NCBI RefSeq assembly: GCF_009834535.1
Contig: NC_045696.1
Span: 101,806,001-101,870,000, forward strand
Reading direction: 5' to 3'
Source: Camelus ferus
Lineage: Eukaryota
DNA: 64,000 nt
Of this stretch, positions 12,840 to 26,500 are shown one piece after another. The notes beneath the pieces were generated by a model that was not told where the DNA came from, searched no databases, and worked only from the letters and a program-made list of their open reading frames with translations. Each line of letters opens with the position of its first letter. Position 1 is the first letter of the stretch. Position numbers and translations under genes: made by a program.

Positions 12840-14050
12840 TACTGATTTATACACATTTATTGGGAGTCCACCAATGCCAGGCAGAAGGATCAGATAAGGG
12901 CCCTTCTACCAAAGGGTTCAGTGTAGAGTGAAACTCTCCATGATACAGAGGAAGTGCCACACACAAGTCTGACATGATGCTACATGAGTACAGAGGAAGC
13001 AGTTACCTCTGCCTGGAGCTACAGAAAGCTGCAAAGAGAAGAACAACTGATTTAGATCTTGAAAGATAAGTAGCTGTGATGTAGTCAGGTAGGCAGGTCA
13101 TATATACAACTAGAAATAGACCTGAAACTTATGACTTGAGTCAGAAGAACAGTACATGTACTTAAGAATGCATCAGCATATCAGTGCTTGATGGAGCGAA
13201 GAGAACAACTGAATTATATTGAAAAGCATGTTGAAAGCAAAGGAAAAAAAAAATTTAAGGGGTTGGCAGAGGAGAAGTTAAGTGAAAGAAACTCCTTCAT
13301 TCACTCAGCAAATAACTATCTGAATGCCTACTCTATGGCAAGCAAAGATATATTAATGGTAAATAGATAATACATAGTTCCTGTCCTCACTGGCTTACAA
13401 TCAAGTATGTGAAATATACATTAAGAAAGTAAATAAACATTATCTATCATAAATTGCGGGGAATGCTATGAAGGAAACAGCAGTTCCTAACAGTGGAAAG
13501 GTTTATGAAAGAAACCCTCTCTGCCATTAGATATAGCCTTCAAGTTTCTCTCAGAGGTAACATTTTTAGCTAAGGCTTGAAGGACAAGTAGCTAGCTATG
13601 TATATGAGGAGAGATGAGACATGTTAGGCAAAGAAAACTGCGTATGGGAAAGCCCAGAAGTAGAAAGAGTCATTCAAGAAATCAAAAGGCCACTGTAGCT
13701 GAAGCATTAAGGGCAGTGGAGGGATGTTAAAAATGGAGAATTGAGCCAAGTCATGCAAATTATTCTCTGGCAAGGAGTTCGAATTTTACTCGAAAAACAA
13801 TGGGAAATCATCAAAGGCATTAAGCAAGGGAGCAATAAGATCAGATTTATGTTTTAAAAAAGGAACCAAATGGAGTAGAAGGAAACCAAAGGAGGAAAGA
13901 ATTTCAGAAAGCTGTTACAGTTCATGAGTCTGCCAATTAGGTGGCTGCTGATGGTAATACAGACTTCTGAGTCAGGCTTAGAAAGTAGAGATAGGCAGCA
14001 AGCAATACTTTTATAAACAATGGGAGAGCAGGAAAGAATCTTATACATAC
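12840..14050 (-). mobile_element. L2 fragments in intron 2
   Basis: cattcactcagcaaataactatctgaatgcctactctatg... and tcatcaaaggcattaagcaagggagcaataagatcagatttatgtttt are L2 reverse-strand-like. Confidence 0.6.
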
Positions 14051-15605
14051 TTGTTTACGGGAAGGTAAGAAAAACTAGATTTTAAGAAAGAGGGGCTGGA
14101 AGTCGAAGAAGAAAACTGACGCAACAAGTTCTCAAAGAAGGATCTACTCTGTCTGGAAAAGAGACATGAATGTGTATTGTTTTTACCAGTTTAGATGATA
14201 AAGGAAAGGACACTGAGGAAATTGCCACTATAAAACCTCAATTTCCCTGTAAAGGTCATTTACTAGAAAGAGTTCAGAAAAGAGGGTGAATAAATAGATA
14301 ACAGCCTTTCGCAAAGTGTCTGTTTAGATAGCTCAACATGAGACATTTGAAAAGAACTAGACAGAGCTGAAGTAGCACTGGAGCAATGCTCACCGCATGA
14401 AATGCAAGAAAAAAAAGCCATATGCTGTATTCATCTAAGGTCAGGAATTAGTTGGTATAAAACTGTTCACATGTATTCCAGGAACGCCCACATTAAAAAA
14501 TTTTAAAAAATTAGTTTTACAAATACTGGAATAATTTTTTTTTAAGTTTAGGCAAGCTGCACAACTCTGTGAATATAATAAAAACCACTGAATTTGAAAA
14601 AATCATGTTGTAAGCTGATGCAACATTAAAAAATGTAGGAGGAGACAAGTGGAGGGTGAAGCACTCCAGAGCAGGACATCCGCTCCCTGGGGAAGGATCT
14701 ACATGGCAGGTCAAGGAATAATCAGAAAGTTTGGCAAGTATGGAATCAGAAGAAGGTATTGGGAAAACAGAGTATTTAACAAGATTAAGCTAATATCATG
14801 CAAAAAGTTAGTGTCAACCTAATACACTGCTGTTACACTCACTGCATTCATTCCCTAGGTGCCTCAAACTTCTGGTCTTGTGTTCATCAAAAGACCCCTT
14901 TATGATGGGAGGGGATTAAAAATACAAGATCCTCACCATGGAACAACACTTCAGTTTCTTTTACTAAGTACATTAATTATAGAACTACAGGCTTTGTCCG
15001 TGACACTTTGAAATTCCTATGACATTTAATTTTCAAAACATTTCAGACACTCTGCCCACCTCTCCTGTGAATAGGTGGAAAGCAAAGTTTTGAATGAGAT
15101 GTAATACTGTCACATCAAAGTTAGAGATGTGTAGTGATGGAATCATCTAAATGGTTAAAAGGAAAAGAAAAATCACTGGAGGGACCCCACAGAACAGTGG
15201 AATACAGAATATCACTGTAAGAGACTCTACAGAAAAACATGGCCTCCACAAAAGCGGTATAGTTTCTCTGATAGCCTGTAACTATATGAAAACTTAATTC
15301 TGCATTAGACTCCTAAACCATGGAATATAGCAGAGTGTATGAAAAAGATGTGTATACACACACACACACACACACAGAGTATATCTGTGTCCATTTGAAC
15401 CTGAAGGATATTTTACTTAATATGGAGAAATTGTGACTAAGAGTACAAGAGTGAGTATAATAAATCAGCATCCATTTATTGATACTGGTCAAATAGTACA
15501 AAGAAAGATGCAGGGTTGCCATCTAAGGAGGAAATGAAAGGTTTGCTTCACATTAATGTAAACATTATTTTGACATAGAAAAAAATCTAAAAATTATATA
15601 CTTAC

Positions 15606-15909
15606 TTTGTCTAATTAACCTTTTGTCAGCAACCAAAACATTTTCAGCATCCACGATGATTACCTTGCCGTCTCTAGGACCAACTGCAAAATTGTCAAAG
15701 CTGACGTCCAGGAGGTAGAGTGCAAATTCAAAGTCATTGTTTGTAAGCTGCTCTGCTATTTCCATTAATTGCCAAGCGAGGTCAACTCGTTTCTCCCACG
15801 GTGCATTAAAGTAACTCCACAGTTCTTCTCCAACATAATTTACAGCCACCATTCTTCCACAGGCTCCAAGATACTTTGCAAAAGGCCAACCTTCATCAGA
15901 TGGAAAACT
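15606..15909 (-). CDS. DIPK2A: DIPK2A coding exon 2 (304 nt)
   Basis: Acceptor ttcttttgtag|AGT. Translates SFPSDEGWPFAKYLGACGRMVAVNYVGEELW...LYLLDVSFDNFAV...IIVDAENVLVADKRLIRQ. Donor A|GTAAGT, phase 1. In frame with exon 1. Carries catalytic-loop-like and DFG-position-like (DAE) motifs. Confidence 0.97.
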
Positions 15910-16270
15910 CTACAAAAGAATTACCTTAATATTATAAACGATTCCGATGAAGTTATCCTAGGTCTATCCCCAGATCCTCAGTAGAGATTCCTACTAGGCA
16001 TGGGCTTGGATTTTCTTGTTATATTCAGCAGTTCAATAGAGATAAATTTGATTTCTTTAACTTTTATAATTACTATGGACTTGAAAAAAATTTTTGAATT
16101 GGTAACTTTGCATTATAAAACTAAAATAAAATAAGTATGCTTATCAAAATCTCAGAAACAAATTGATCAACAAAACACAAGACATCTTCTTTATTACCAG
16201 ATTTGAAAGTATGTATGATTTCCTTTATCTTTCTGACTTGCATAAGTAGACTCAACCAATCTTTTCTTTT

Positions 16271-17084
16271 TTTCTTTTCCATTATGGTTTATCACAGGAT
16301 ATGGAATATAGCTCCTTGTGCTATACAGTAGGCCCTTGTTTTTTATGCATTTTATATATAGTTGTTTGTATCTCCTATTACCAAACTCTTAATTTATTCC
16401 TCTCCTTTATCCCCGTTCCCCTTTGGTAACCATAAAATTGATTTCTCCATCTGTGAGTCTGTTTCTGTTTTATAAGTAAGTTCATTTGTATCATTTTTTA
16501 GATGCCACATACATCATAGGATATTCGTCTTTCTCTGACTTATTTCACTTAATATGATAATCTCTAGATCCATCCATGTTGCTGCAAATGGCATGATTTC
16601 ATTCTTTCTATGGTTGAGTAGTATTCCACTATATATATACACACATCTTCTTCATCCAATCATCTCTTGATGAACATTCAGTTTGCTTTCATGTCTTAGC
16701 TATTGTAAGCAGTGCTGCTATGAACACTGGGGTGGCATGTATCTTTTCAAATTAGTTTTCTCCGGATATATGCCCAGGAGTGGGATTGCTGAATCATATG
16801 GCAATTCTACTTTTAGTTTTTTAAGGAGCTTCCGTACTGTTTTCCATAGTGGCTTCACCAATTTACGTTCCCACCAATCCTTTTCTCACACCCTCTCCAG
16901 CGTTTGTTATTTGTAGACTTCTTAATGATGGCCATTCTGACCGATGTGAGGTTATACCTCATTGTAAGTTTTGACTTTCACTTCTCTAATAATTGGCAAT
17001 GTTGAGCATCTTTTCATGTGCCTACAGGCCATCTGTATATCTTCCTTGGAGAAATGTCTATTTAGGTCTTCTGCCTATTTCTTG
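16271..17084 (-). mobile_element. Lineage-specific L1 fragment (ORF2 end + 3' UTR) with 17-bp TSD, sense to DIPK2A
   Basis: L1 3' sequence (ggatatggaatatagctccttgtgctatacagtagg; ggagaaatgtctatttagg). TSD aaccaatcttttctttt 16254-16270 vs aaccaatcctttctttt 17085-17101. Confidence 0.85.
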
Positions 17085-19879
17085 AACCAATCCTTTCTTT
17101 TGAATGAATAGGACTGCAGGCCTATTAGCCACCAAGTATTTACCAGGCACCAGGCACTATGCTATGCTGGCAATAAAAAACAGTGAACTACACAGTCTCT
17201 AAAATAAAAATTTGAGAAAAGACAGATACCAAACAAATAATTATAAGTGTAATAAGTGTTAGTTATTAAAAAGTGGTGCAGGTCCTGAAAGAGTCTTTAA
17301 TAGGGGCCTTATCTAGCCCAGAAGCAAGCAGGGGTGGAACTCAGAAGGATTCTTGGGAAGCATCTTCTAATCTACACCCACAGGTTGGTAAAGAGCGATC
17401 TGATAACCTATCAATGCAACCTCCACTCCAAGTACCAAGTACCTCTGGTCCCACGTTAGTCGTGCTTTTCTTTCCAATGCCACCACATTTTCTATTCACC
17501 TTAAACCCAACTTCTAAACTATTTATTCTCCTAATCTCAGCAAGATTTTCTAATGGATTTTATAACTACTGGGAGGAACAAGTCATTTTCAACCTAAGTA
17601 AAATGGCAAGCTTATTCTAAGGTACTTTCCAATGCTAAAAAACCTACCTACAAGATGAGCACCCGAGTAAAAACGGATGGGATGAAATGTTTCAACCAAC
17701 TTCTTGTAAGATCACATGACCAAAGGTGTGTTTTAAGAGCCATTTGTCAGCCTAGCACCTCTCCTTAAATTGGGGGAAAATACTATCCAAAGATGATGTT
17801 TACACAAACTGCAGGGAAAACAACAACAAAAATCACTACAGAATATAAATGTAGTCTACTTCTGTTGCTAAAAACTGAACAATCTACATACATTAAAAGA
17901 GCTACGTAAGGCTTGTCTTCTTGGACCCCATAATAAAATAAGTAATATTAATTATACCCTGAGCTTTCATAAAATTGAAAAAACTCTAATATCCTTACAT
18001 TAAAGCTTTTATCAACTTTAAAACAAAAGAGATTTTTAGAACTAAACTTCATCCATAATTACCTGTTTTCATTTGAGCTTCCTTTCAGCTCTATCAAGGC
18101 ACAATATCTGTACTTGTTCATTGTACATACACATTTTTTTCTTTTAAATTTAAATATATGCAGTTTTGTGATAAAATGCTAAGTATGTAAACTATAAATT
18201 TAGATATGATAGTGTGAACCTTTAAATACAGTTAATGAATTGATCAGATTTTGTTTAGAGACAGTATCTACTGATACTTTAGCAATTAGAGGAAAGTACA
18301 CTTCAATCTTATACCTGAGATTTTTTTTCCATTTCTTCTGGGCATTGGGAGAAGTGACAGATGTCCAAAGTGAAGTGCAAAAACTGCCAATCTCATGTTA
18401 CTTTCAACTTTTCCTCCCAACTTAAAATACCTCCACAATCTTGAAAATTTAGTTAGGCAAAGTGATTATAAAAGATTTAACTGTTTCCCAGAAGTATTCA
18501 TGTATAAAAATCTGACATAAAGAAATGAAAGCACTGAAAATAAGTAAATACATGATATTATATAGTTTTATCATACAAAAAGTAAAAAGAAAAAAAGAAA
18601 AAAAAAAGAAGTCTCCATACACTATTGGTATATTATTCACATGCCATATTGTAGAACAGATACAAACATATCTTTGTGAAAATAAAATGGTCTTTGACAA
18701 CAGGAGGAAAGGGAACCCTGCCAACATCTGCACATGTACAAATGCCTCCTTGTTTTTGGAGCCTTTCCAACTGGCAAACGACAGTCAAATATACACTTTA
18801 TTACCCAAGTCCCTCATAGAAGAGGATAAAATATATGAACAAATGTCACATTGAGCAACTTTATATTCATACAGTGATTTCTGACAATGTTAACTGAAAT
18901 CCTGTTATGCCTCATTTTAAGAAGAGCACTACAATTCTTTCATATAGTTTGCTACCTAATCTTTTGGAAGAACTTAAATAAATGAGTGCACATCACTTAC
19001 TCATACAAGAATTTTTCACTGTACAATCAAAATAGTCAGATTTTATTAATGAGAACGGAGTTGTATTGAACACACTGTAGTTCAAAGAAAGGCAAAATAC
19101 TTACAATTTGTATTTAAAACAGTTCTGACTTAGAACCAAATTACCATGTTCAAGCAGAGTTTGAGAGATAAAATTAAAAGACATTACTGCTTGGACTTAT
19201 TAAACATATCAAGCAGTAAAAAATACAACTTCTTACTTTCTGACTACCAAATTCCCACAGTGCATAACACAGTAGCTCAGATAAGACGTTTATCACTAAG
19301 GTACACATTTTTAAAAATTTAAGCAAAATCCTAAAATCAGTTATTCAAATTCCACACAGCAGGCACACAGTTTAAAGTAAACTGAAATAAAATGGGTGTA
19401 TTTTAAAGAATCAAAAAAAAAAAATGTGTACAAACACCTTTCTTTTGAAGGAAAGAGTCTTTAAATTGGAAATAATTTAAATTCTACTTGGATTGGAGGC
19501 ACTCCAATAAAATTGTTCAGACTTTTCATCAGGCTTGAATGTATGACATAAAGTGTAATATGCAAAGTTTTTAAAACAAAGTATTAGTTTAAAGTTATAT
19601 GGAGGCACAAAGTAGTTCCAAAACAATATATTCCCTATTACACTACCGTTTTTTTATTTTTATGTTGTTAGTGACCACCCAAAGAAAAAGTCTATTGAGT
19701 ATTATAAATGTAAAAATTAAAAATAGAAATTTTAAGATCAAGTGAAACATGGTTAAGAGTTAGAGGGTACCCGAGTTGTAATTCTAGTATGAAATCTTAT
19801 CAGCATAACTTAAATAACTTATCTCAAGTCACACAGGTAGTAAGAGGCAAAGTCAGGCTAACACAACCTCTCAATCCAA

Positions 19880-20150
19880 TAACCTTCTGTTTCAGAAGGT
19901 TTTAAATTTTGGAAAGGTAATAGTGCATGTATTTCATACTCATATTATGCAATGACCCCAGGAGAGTCTGGGGCAGCATGTCACAAGAGAAACGTATTAT
20001 GCTGCAAAAATAACATAAGCTTATTCATCCCACATGGGTTAAACCAGATAAATTAGCTTATGTGTTTTCACATGTTTGTTTTTGATTTGACAAAACCTAT
20101 TTTTCTACAGGTTTTTAAATTTGGATTTGCAGATAAGGGATTGTAGGTCA
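19880..20150. mobile_element. Tigger-family (MER46C-like) DNA transposon fragment
   Basis: Terminus tttggatttgcagataagggattgtagg resembles the MER46C end as I recall it. Confidence 0.45.
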
Positions 20151-22299
20151 ACCCACATTTCATTGACTACTACAAGTAGCTGGAGTAAAAGGCAGTGAGA
20201 CAGTTACTGTAGAATAAAAAGAATACAAATTTTGAATTAAAAAGTCCTAGATCTAGCCTAACTCCCCCATGAAATGCTATGTAAACAGTTGTAAATAAAA
20301 TAGTCTCTATCCTCAGGAAAGCTTTTCAGCCTGAGTTGGGAAGATGGTTATTAAACACATATACATTATAAATTATGAAATTTGTTATAACTACAGAAAA
20401 GTATAGAGTATACTGAGAAAGAAAAGTAGAGACCTATTTTAGATTGTGTGGTGAAGGGCGGCCTCCATAAGGAAGTGCTACTTAGGGTGAGATCTCAAGG
20501 AGGAGTATAATATTACATAGACTGGAGATGAGGCAGTAAGAATGTTCCCAGCACATGTTAGAGCCAGAAACTGTCTTCTCAGAACTGAAATAAAGGCCAA
20601 GGCAGCTGCAGTGAAATAAACGAGGAGGAAATGGCTTGAGGTAACAGTCTGGAGAGGGACTTGGGATCAGATCATGTTGGGACTTACAAATAAAATACAA
20701 GCTCTTCAACATGCTATACATACTATAGCATGTGTCAAAACCTTAACTTTCAGAAACATCTTATATACCGGAGTTAACAAATATTCTGTGGTATATAGCA
20801 TCACTCTGAAAAACAAGCTTTCACAATTATCACAATATCCTTTAATCAACAGTCATTGTCTTACCAGATTAATTAGGTAATTTTATTCTATTACGTCAGA
20901 ACACAGTCCCTGATGACATGCGACATATAAGTAAAACTGATAGAATAAGGTCAACTCTAATGCACTTGTGTTCTATTATCTTTTTATTTTTCTCTTTACA
21001 AAACCAAAAGTAGGGTTTACATATCATGTTTAAAAGATCACAAATGCTTCCATACTAAAAAATATTTTATAGCCATTTATTATCTCACAACACTCCATTA
21101 AAAGGAACACAACTTTGCAGTTGGCCGAAAGAAGAAATGTGTTACGAGACTATTTTTTCTTTTTAAATAAGAAAATTCCTAGTAAAAAGACTATGACTTG
21201 AAAAAAAATCCATTAATAATCAAAACATACAATCTAAAATCCAGTTATAGGTTTTCTACAGAACTGGCAATTCTGTGTGCACACACACAAATTTAAACTT
21301 GAGAACACTTTTAGAAAGAAAATGTTATCAAAAACAAAGAAAATGCTTAAAGGTTTAATTTCAGTTTCAAAATTATTTTAAAAGCCCAAATTTGAACAAA
21401 ATCCCCCTGTAGTAACGCATGTTATAACAGCTGTTCATGGAGACTAGTCAACTGTACTGGTGACAGACTAATGTGTTCACAGTTTTGTGAACTGTCTGGA
21501 GGGGGAATATAGTAAAATTACTGGGATGATTTAATGGTTATCTAATTTTTGCTAAAATTTCCCTAAGACCTTGGCTTAATTTATACCGCCAAATAGTGGC
21601 CAAATCCATTGCAAATACTACAGAATCTTAACCTCATATTTTCAAGTTACAGGATATGTTCCATTTATTTCATTACATAATTTTCTGAATGCCATTTCCA
21701 CCCACCTAGAATTCCAACAATATTAAGCAATGCCTTGAAAATAGCAAAGTTGTGTTATTTTACTGAATATTATGCCCAACAACTGTATCTAAAATTGGAA
21801 ACTAACGTCAGGACACATCAATGACAAAAAAATCTACCAAGTTTCATAGAAATAAACCATCTTTTAAAATAAACAGCTTAAGAAATAATCTCTGCCACCT
21901 TAAAAAAAAAATCACTTGGCCACAAATTTTAAATATGCATAAATTTACTAGTCTCAACTGACCTTTTCTTATCTTGTGAGAATCAGCAACTGTGATCTAC
22001 GTTTCTAAGTTCAAATATATACTTAGAAACATGACACTCAAATATTTACTTCCAGTAAAACAAAATGACAAATAAAGGGGGGAAAAAGATACAAACAAAT
22101 TCTTTTGGACCCAATAACCTAAGAATGCTATCTTACTTTCTTTGGTCAAGATCTGATTTCTTTTTAACAGTCTGCCAACAGAACAGTACTAACTTTTCCC
22201 ATTCCCTTAAAACATAAATTAACACAGCCCTTCAGAAGTATAGCAAAATATCTGCTAGGAGCATAGTATCTCTCTGCATTAAATATCTGGTGCCTGGTT

Positions 22300-23085
22300 T
22301 TAGATTTCCTTTCCTGTTGTTGCCTTAAATATAACATAGTCAAAATGAAATTCTTGACTTTTCCCTACCCCAAAGCCATTCCTTCTCTGGGCTTCCTCAT
22401 CATAATAAGGAATTGTCACTCAGTAGTTGCTGAGACCAAAACCCTGAAGATATCCTTTATTTCTCTCTTTCCCTCACACCATAACCCATCATCAACCACC
22501 TTAATACAAACCACCAAGCTTTCTCCCACAATCTGGTGCAAAAGCCTGATTCCTCTCTTACCCTCTTATAACGCAATCTCCACCAATCAGGCCCTGCTAA
22601 AAACATGTCTATTGTTTCCCACTGCACTGAAAACAAAATCCTAAACTCATTAAGCATGTTTACAAGGCTATACAGGACATGGGCCTTGCCTACCTCTATG
22701 ATCTTTTGTTCTACTATGCTTCCCTACTCTGCTGCTTGATCTTGCTTTGGGGCCTCTGAATTTGCCATATCTCTTGCTTAAAATACTCTGCCATCAGAAC
22801 TTCACACCACTGGCTTTTTCTCATCATTCACACCTCAGATAAAATGTCACTCTTCCTGACCACCCAATTTAAAGTATTCTATCCTCAATCCAATTCTCCA
22901 TCACAGGAATCTGCTTTGTTCTTTTTAAAGTATGTAAAATCTAAAATTACCTTGCTCTTTATTTGCTGCCCAAACCTAATGCCCCAGAAAGCAAAGACTG
23001 TGCAAACTGTGCCCGGCCTGTCTTTACTCTACCCTAAGGGCATATACAGGTCAGTTCCTGGCACTACTGAACAATGCTGAATAAT
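22300..23085 (+). mobile_element. L2 fragment
   Basis: cactcagtagttgctgagaccaaaaccctgaagatatcc...aaatcctaaactcattaagcatgtttacaaggc...cagttcctggcac. Confidence 0.65.
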
Positions 23086-23464
23086 TCTTGTCAGATCTCT
23101 TCATTTCAGTTAAAACTCCAAATGAGCACTAAGGCAAAGTATGAAGAAGACCCTGAAACATCATACCTACCTCAGACAGTAAATCTTTTAAGGTTCTGTC
23201 TCAGAGTCTAAGAATGCCTATAAATAACTCAGACTTAACCTCTATTTTTCAAATTATCATTCATCAATGTACTAAGTAGAATTATTAAACTTAATAATGA
23301 TTTACAGATAAAAAGTAAACTGTTTTGTATTACTGAATCTTTATATAAACCAGGTTTCTTACAATATTCGCTCTATTCATCATATGGAACAAATCTCTAA
23401 TCTCCCTTTTAACTACTATTCCAAAAAAGCTGTAGCCTGAAGCACCAGCTAACATAGGTATTTA

Positions 23465-23468
<4 letters not shown>

Positions 23469-23508
<40 letters not shown>
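23469..23508. repeat. (GT)20 microsatellite in intron 1
   Basis: Perfect dinucleotide run. Confidence 0.95.
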
Positions 23509-23511
<3 letters not shown>

Positions 23512-26500
23512 GGAGGCGACATTTGAACATTTGCCATAAGGAGAGTAAAATTTATATATTTCGACGACAGATGTCAACACAGTGTACTACAGAACTTTTC
23601 AGCTACTATGGCTGTCTAAAAATGGAATAAGCTGATTTGCAAAGTAATGATACACTGTAAAAAACTTTAAAGACATTTTGTTATATGATCTGAATAATCC
23701 TTTTTCCTTTGATAATTTAAAACAATCCTATTGGATAAGTAGTAACATTCCCATTTTACTGATTAAAAACTCAGGCTCTGAAACATTAAGTGACTTGTTC
23801 ATTGCCACCCAACAGCTTTGTGGTAGTACTGAATGTTATCTCAGTACTGCCCTCACCACACCTCTTGCCTCCCCCAATCTATGGGCAAAATCTCATTTAT
23901 CCACAAACCTCTAATCCACTGTGAAATCTTCCCAGGTATCCACTCCTAAGAAGACACATGCAGATGTCCCTCCATAATGAGTCATCTGACAGGGTGCACA
24001 ATATGTTTTTGTAAGGCTTTCTATGCTATATTGATTATAATTAGTTGTTTATATACCTACCTCCTACATAGCTAAGCTACTTGCTGCCTAGAAAGACCTT
24101 TTCAGTCCAAATGCCTTATAACAGACTATTTACCAAGTGAACAAACAAAATTCAGTTCTTCTAACTCTAAATCCAGAGCTGGAAGTCCAAAGAGCTTCCA
24201 GGTATTTCACAGAAAATTTTGTACCAAGAATCTATTAAAAAGACATAAAAAAATGGATAAAAAACTTGATTACATAATTTAAAACCTTTCAGGGTCTATG
24301 ACCGGGATGAATGATGAATAACTATCCTCATCTTACATCAATAATTTACAATCTTAAGACATTTTACAATTATTTACTAAAGTCCATTGTATATACAGAA
24401 AAAATGCAGGGCTTATATTCAAAGGTCATATTAGTTTAATATATGCATAATGAGTGAAAAGAAAAGAAAAAAAATATGTCAGCATTTTGTGAAGAGTCAG
24501 CAGCAATAACAGCAATATAGGAAATTGGCCAGAGACAATAAGCCAGAAAATCAGACTAAAAAAAGTCTGATTATCCCCTGAGAAAGTGACCACCTATCTC
24601 CAGAAAGCAGATTCCCAAAAAGTAAGCTTTCTATTCCCAGCCAACATGGATGAGGAAAATGTGCTGATCCATGCAAGAGATATTTGAGGGAAAAGAGTTC
24701 AAAGATTAGACAAAAGTACAGAAAGGACCTCAGAACTAATAATGGTCAAAAGATATGGCTATATCCAGAAAATAGGCCAGGGTGTCAAATGATTTTGCTC
24801 CACTGATCTGGAAGTGGTGCTTTCCTAAGAGTTATTGTCTGTTTCTATATCTTTCCAAAATAAAAGTCTCCTTTTTTGGACCCGAGTTAAACAGATTTTA
24901 TTATTTTGGTTTGTTTTATCACGCAAGACGATCAAGTGTTAAAAGTGTCAATGAAACCTCTGATGATAAAAGAAAAAAAAAAAAAGAAAAAAAAATCACT
25001 CTAGATTTAAGCTTATGAATTTATTAGATAGAAAGTTCTCTATTCAGAACTATCTAGTCAGAATCATCTCTGAAGCCTAACTCTGAGAGTGCAGTTACTA
25101 CAGCAGCAGCCAGCGCGAGAGAAGTAGGTGGCTCCCTAAACTGTTGAAAAATAAACCCCTGAGACAAAGTCTGGAACATCCCTTCTAGGTGCTATTGCCC
25201 CACAAGATCCTTAGCTACCTTTAGCTCCATATTTTTTTCCTTTAAAGGCAGTCTTAAATTTCTGTTTTGTTTTAATCTAATTTCACACGTGTGAAAATTG
25301 GGGATAGGAAGATAAGCTTAAATCAGGGCTATCTATCCTGGTCTCCAATCCATATTTTCCAGCAGAGATCAAAGTACCCAAACCCCCAAGTTCTTCTAGA
25401 AGAGTTTAAACCTACCAGTCAAAGTTAAGCTCAGAAGTAGAACAAACAATAATTTCTCAAGACTTTGAGTGTCACAGGATGTCAGGGCTGAAAAGGAAAA
25501 GATCTAATCCAATAGTCTCATTTTACAGTTAAGTGAAGGGAGTCCCATGTTTATCAACTGGTCCAAGGTAAAGACCATAATCTTTTATTCACATCAAAAG
25601 CTGCATCTTAGACAGTGCACCTTAAAAAATACATTCTTCTCCCATAGAAATTATTTTTAAGGACAAAAACAAAAACATTCAAAGTGTATTGCAAAAATAC
25701 ATCTTGTAATGTAGGAATGGATTAAATCAGTGCAACTAAAGATATGGTTGATATTCAGAATCATAACTATTTTTAAGGTGATCCATATTCCAAACAAGCT
25801 TCAAAACTGCTATTCAAATGCACTAATTACTTTTAACCTTATTTAATATCTAACATTTACTGAGTGCATACTATGCATCAGGCACTACGTAAAATGTTTT
25901 CCAAGTATTATGTCATTTATAAGAACTGAAATGAAAGCTTAAAATTTACAGCTTAAACAATGATAGTTACATACTATAAAAATTAAGGAAATCCTATTAA
26001 AACTATCATTCAGAAAGTTTAAGACAAAGTTCCACAAATATAATAAAACAAATTCTCACCTTCTCATGCCTAAACAAATAAGAGTTTTCTTATCCCTGTA
26101 AACAAAATCATGTTCACTATTTCCAGGTCATAAAGTTAGAATACAGTTTGGACTTCAGGAAATCCAGGCACATTTTTCTCTCTCACACACAATTTCAATA
26201 AATTCAAGAATAGGTAAGTACAAATGCTGGTAGAAATTTTACCAATAACAGAAAACCTCTTGTTATCGTGCCAAATACTTCAACACCTCAATTTTTGACT
26301 ATTCCAAGAATGCTATACACAATGTTACAAAGTCCCTCTCTGCATTTTTCCCATAAGATTATGGCATACCTGTAATTAAAATATACTTACTGATGAGGTA
26401 ACAATGAAAAGAGAAAGTATCAGACTAGAAAAAAAGGTTCTAGTATTATCTTGTTGCTTGATGTTTATAAAATTTTTTAGAAGATAATTCTAAAAAACAA

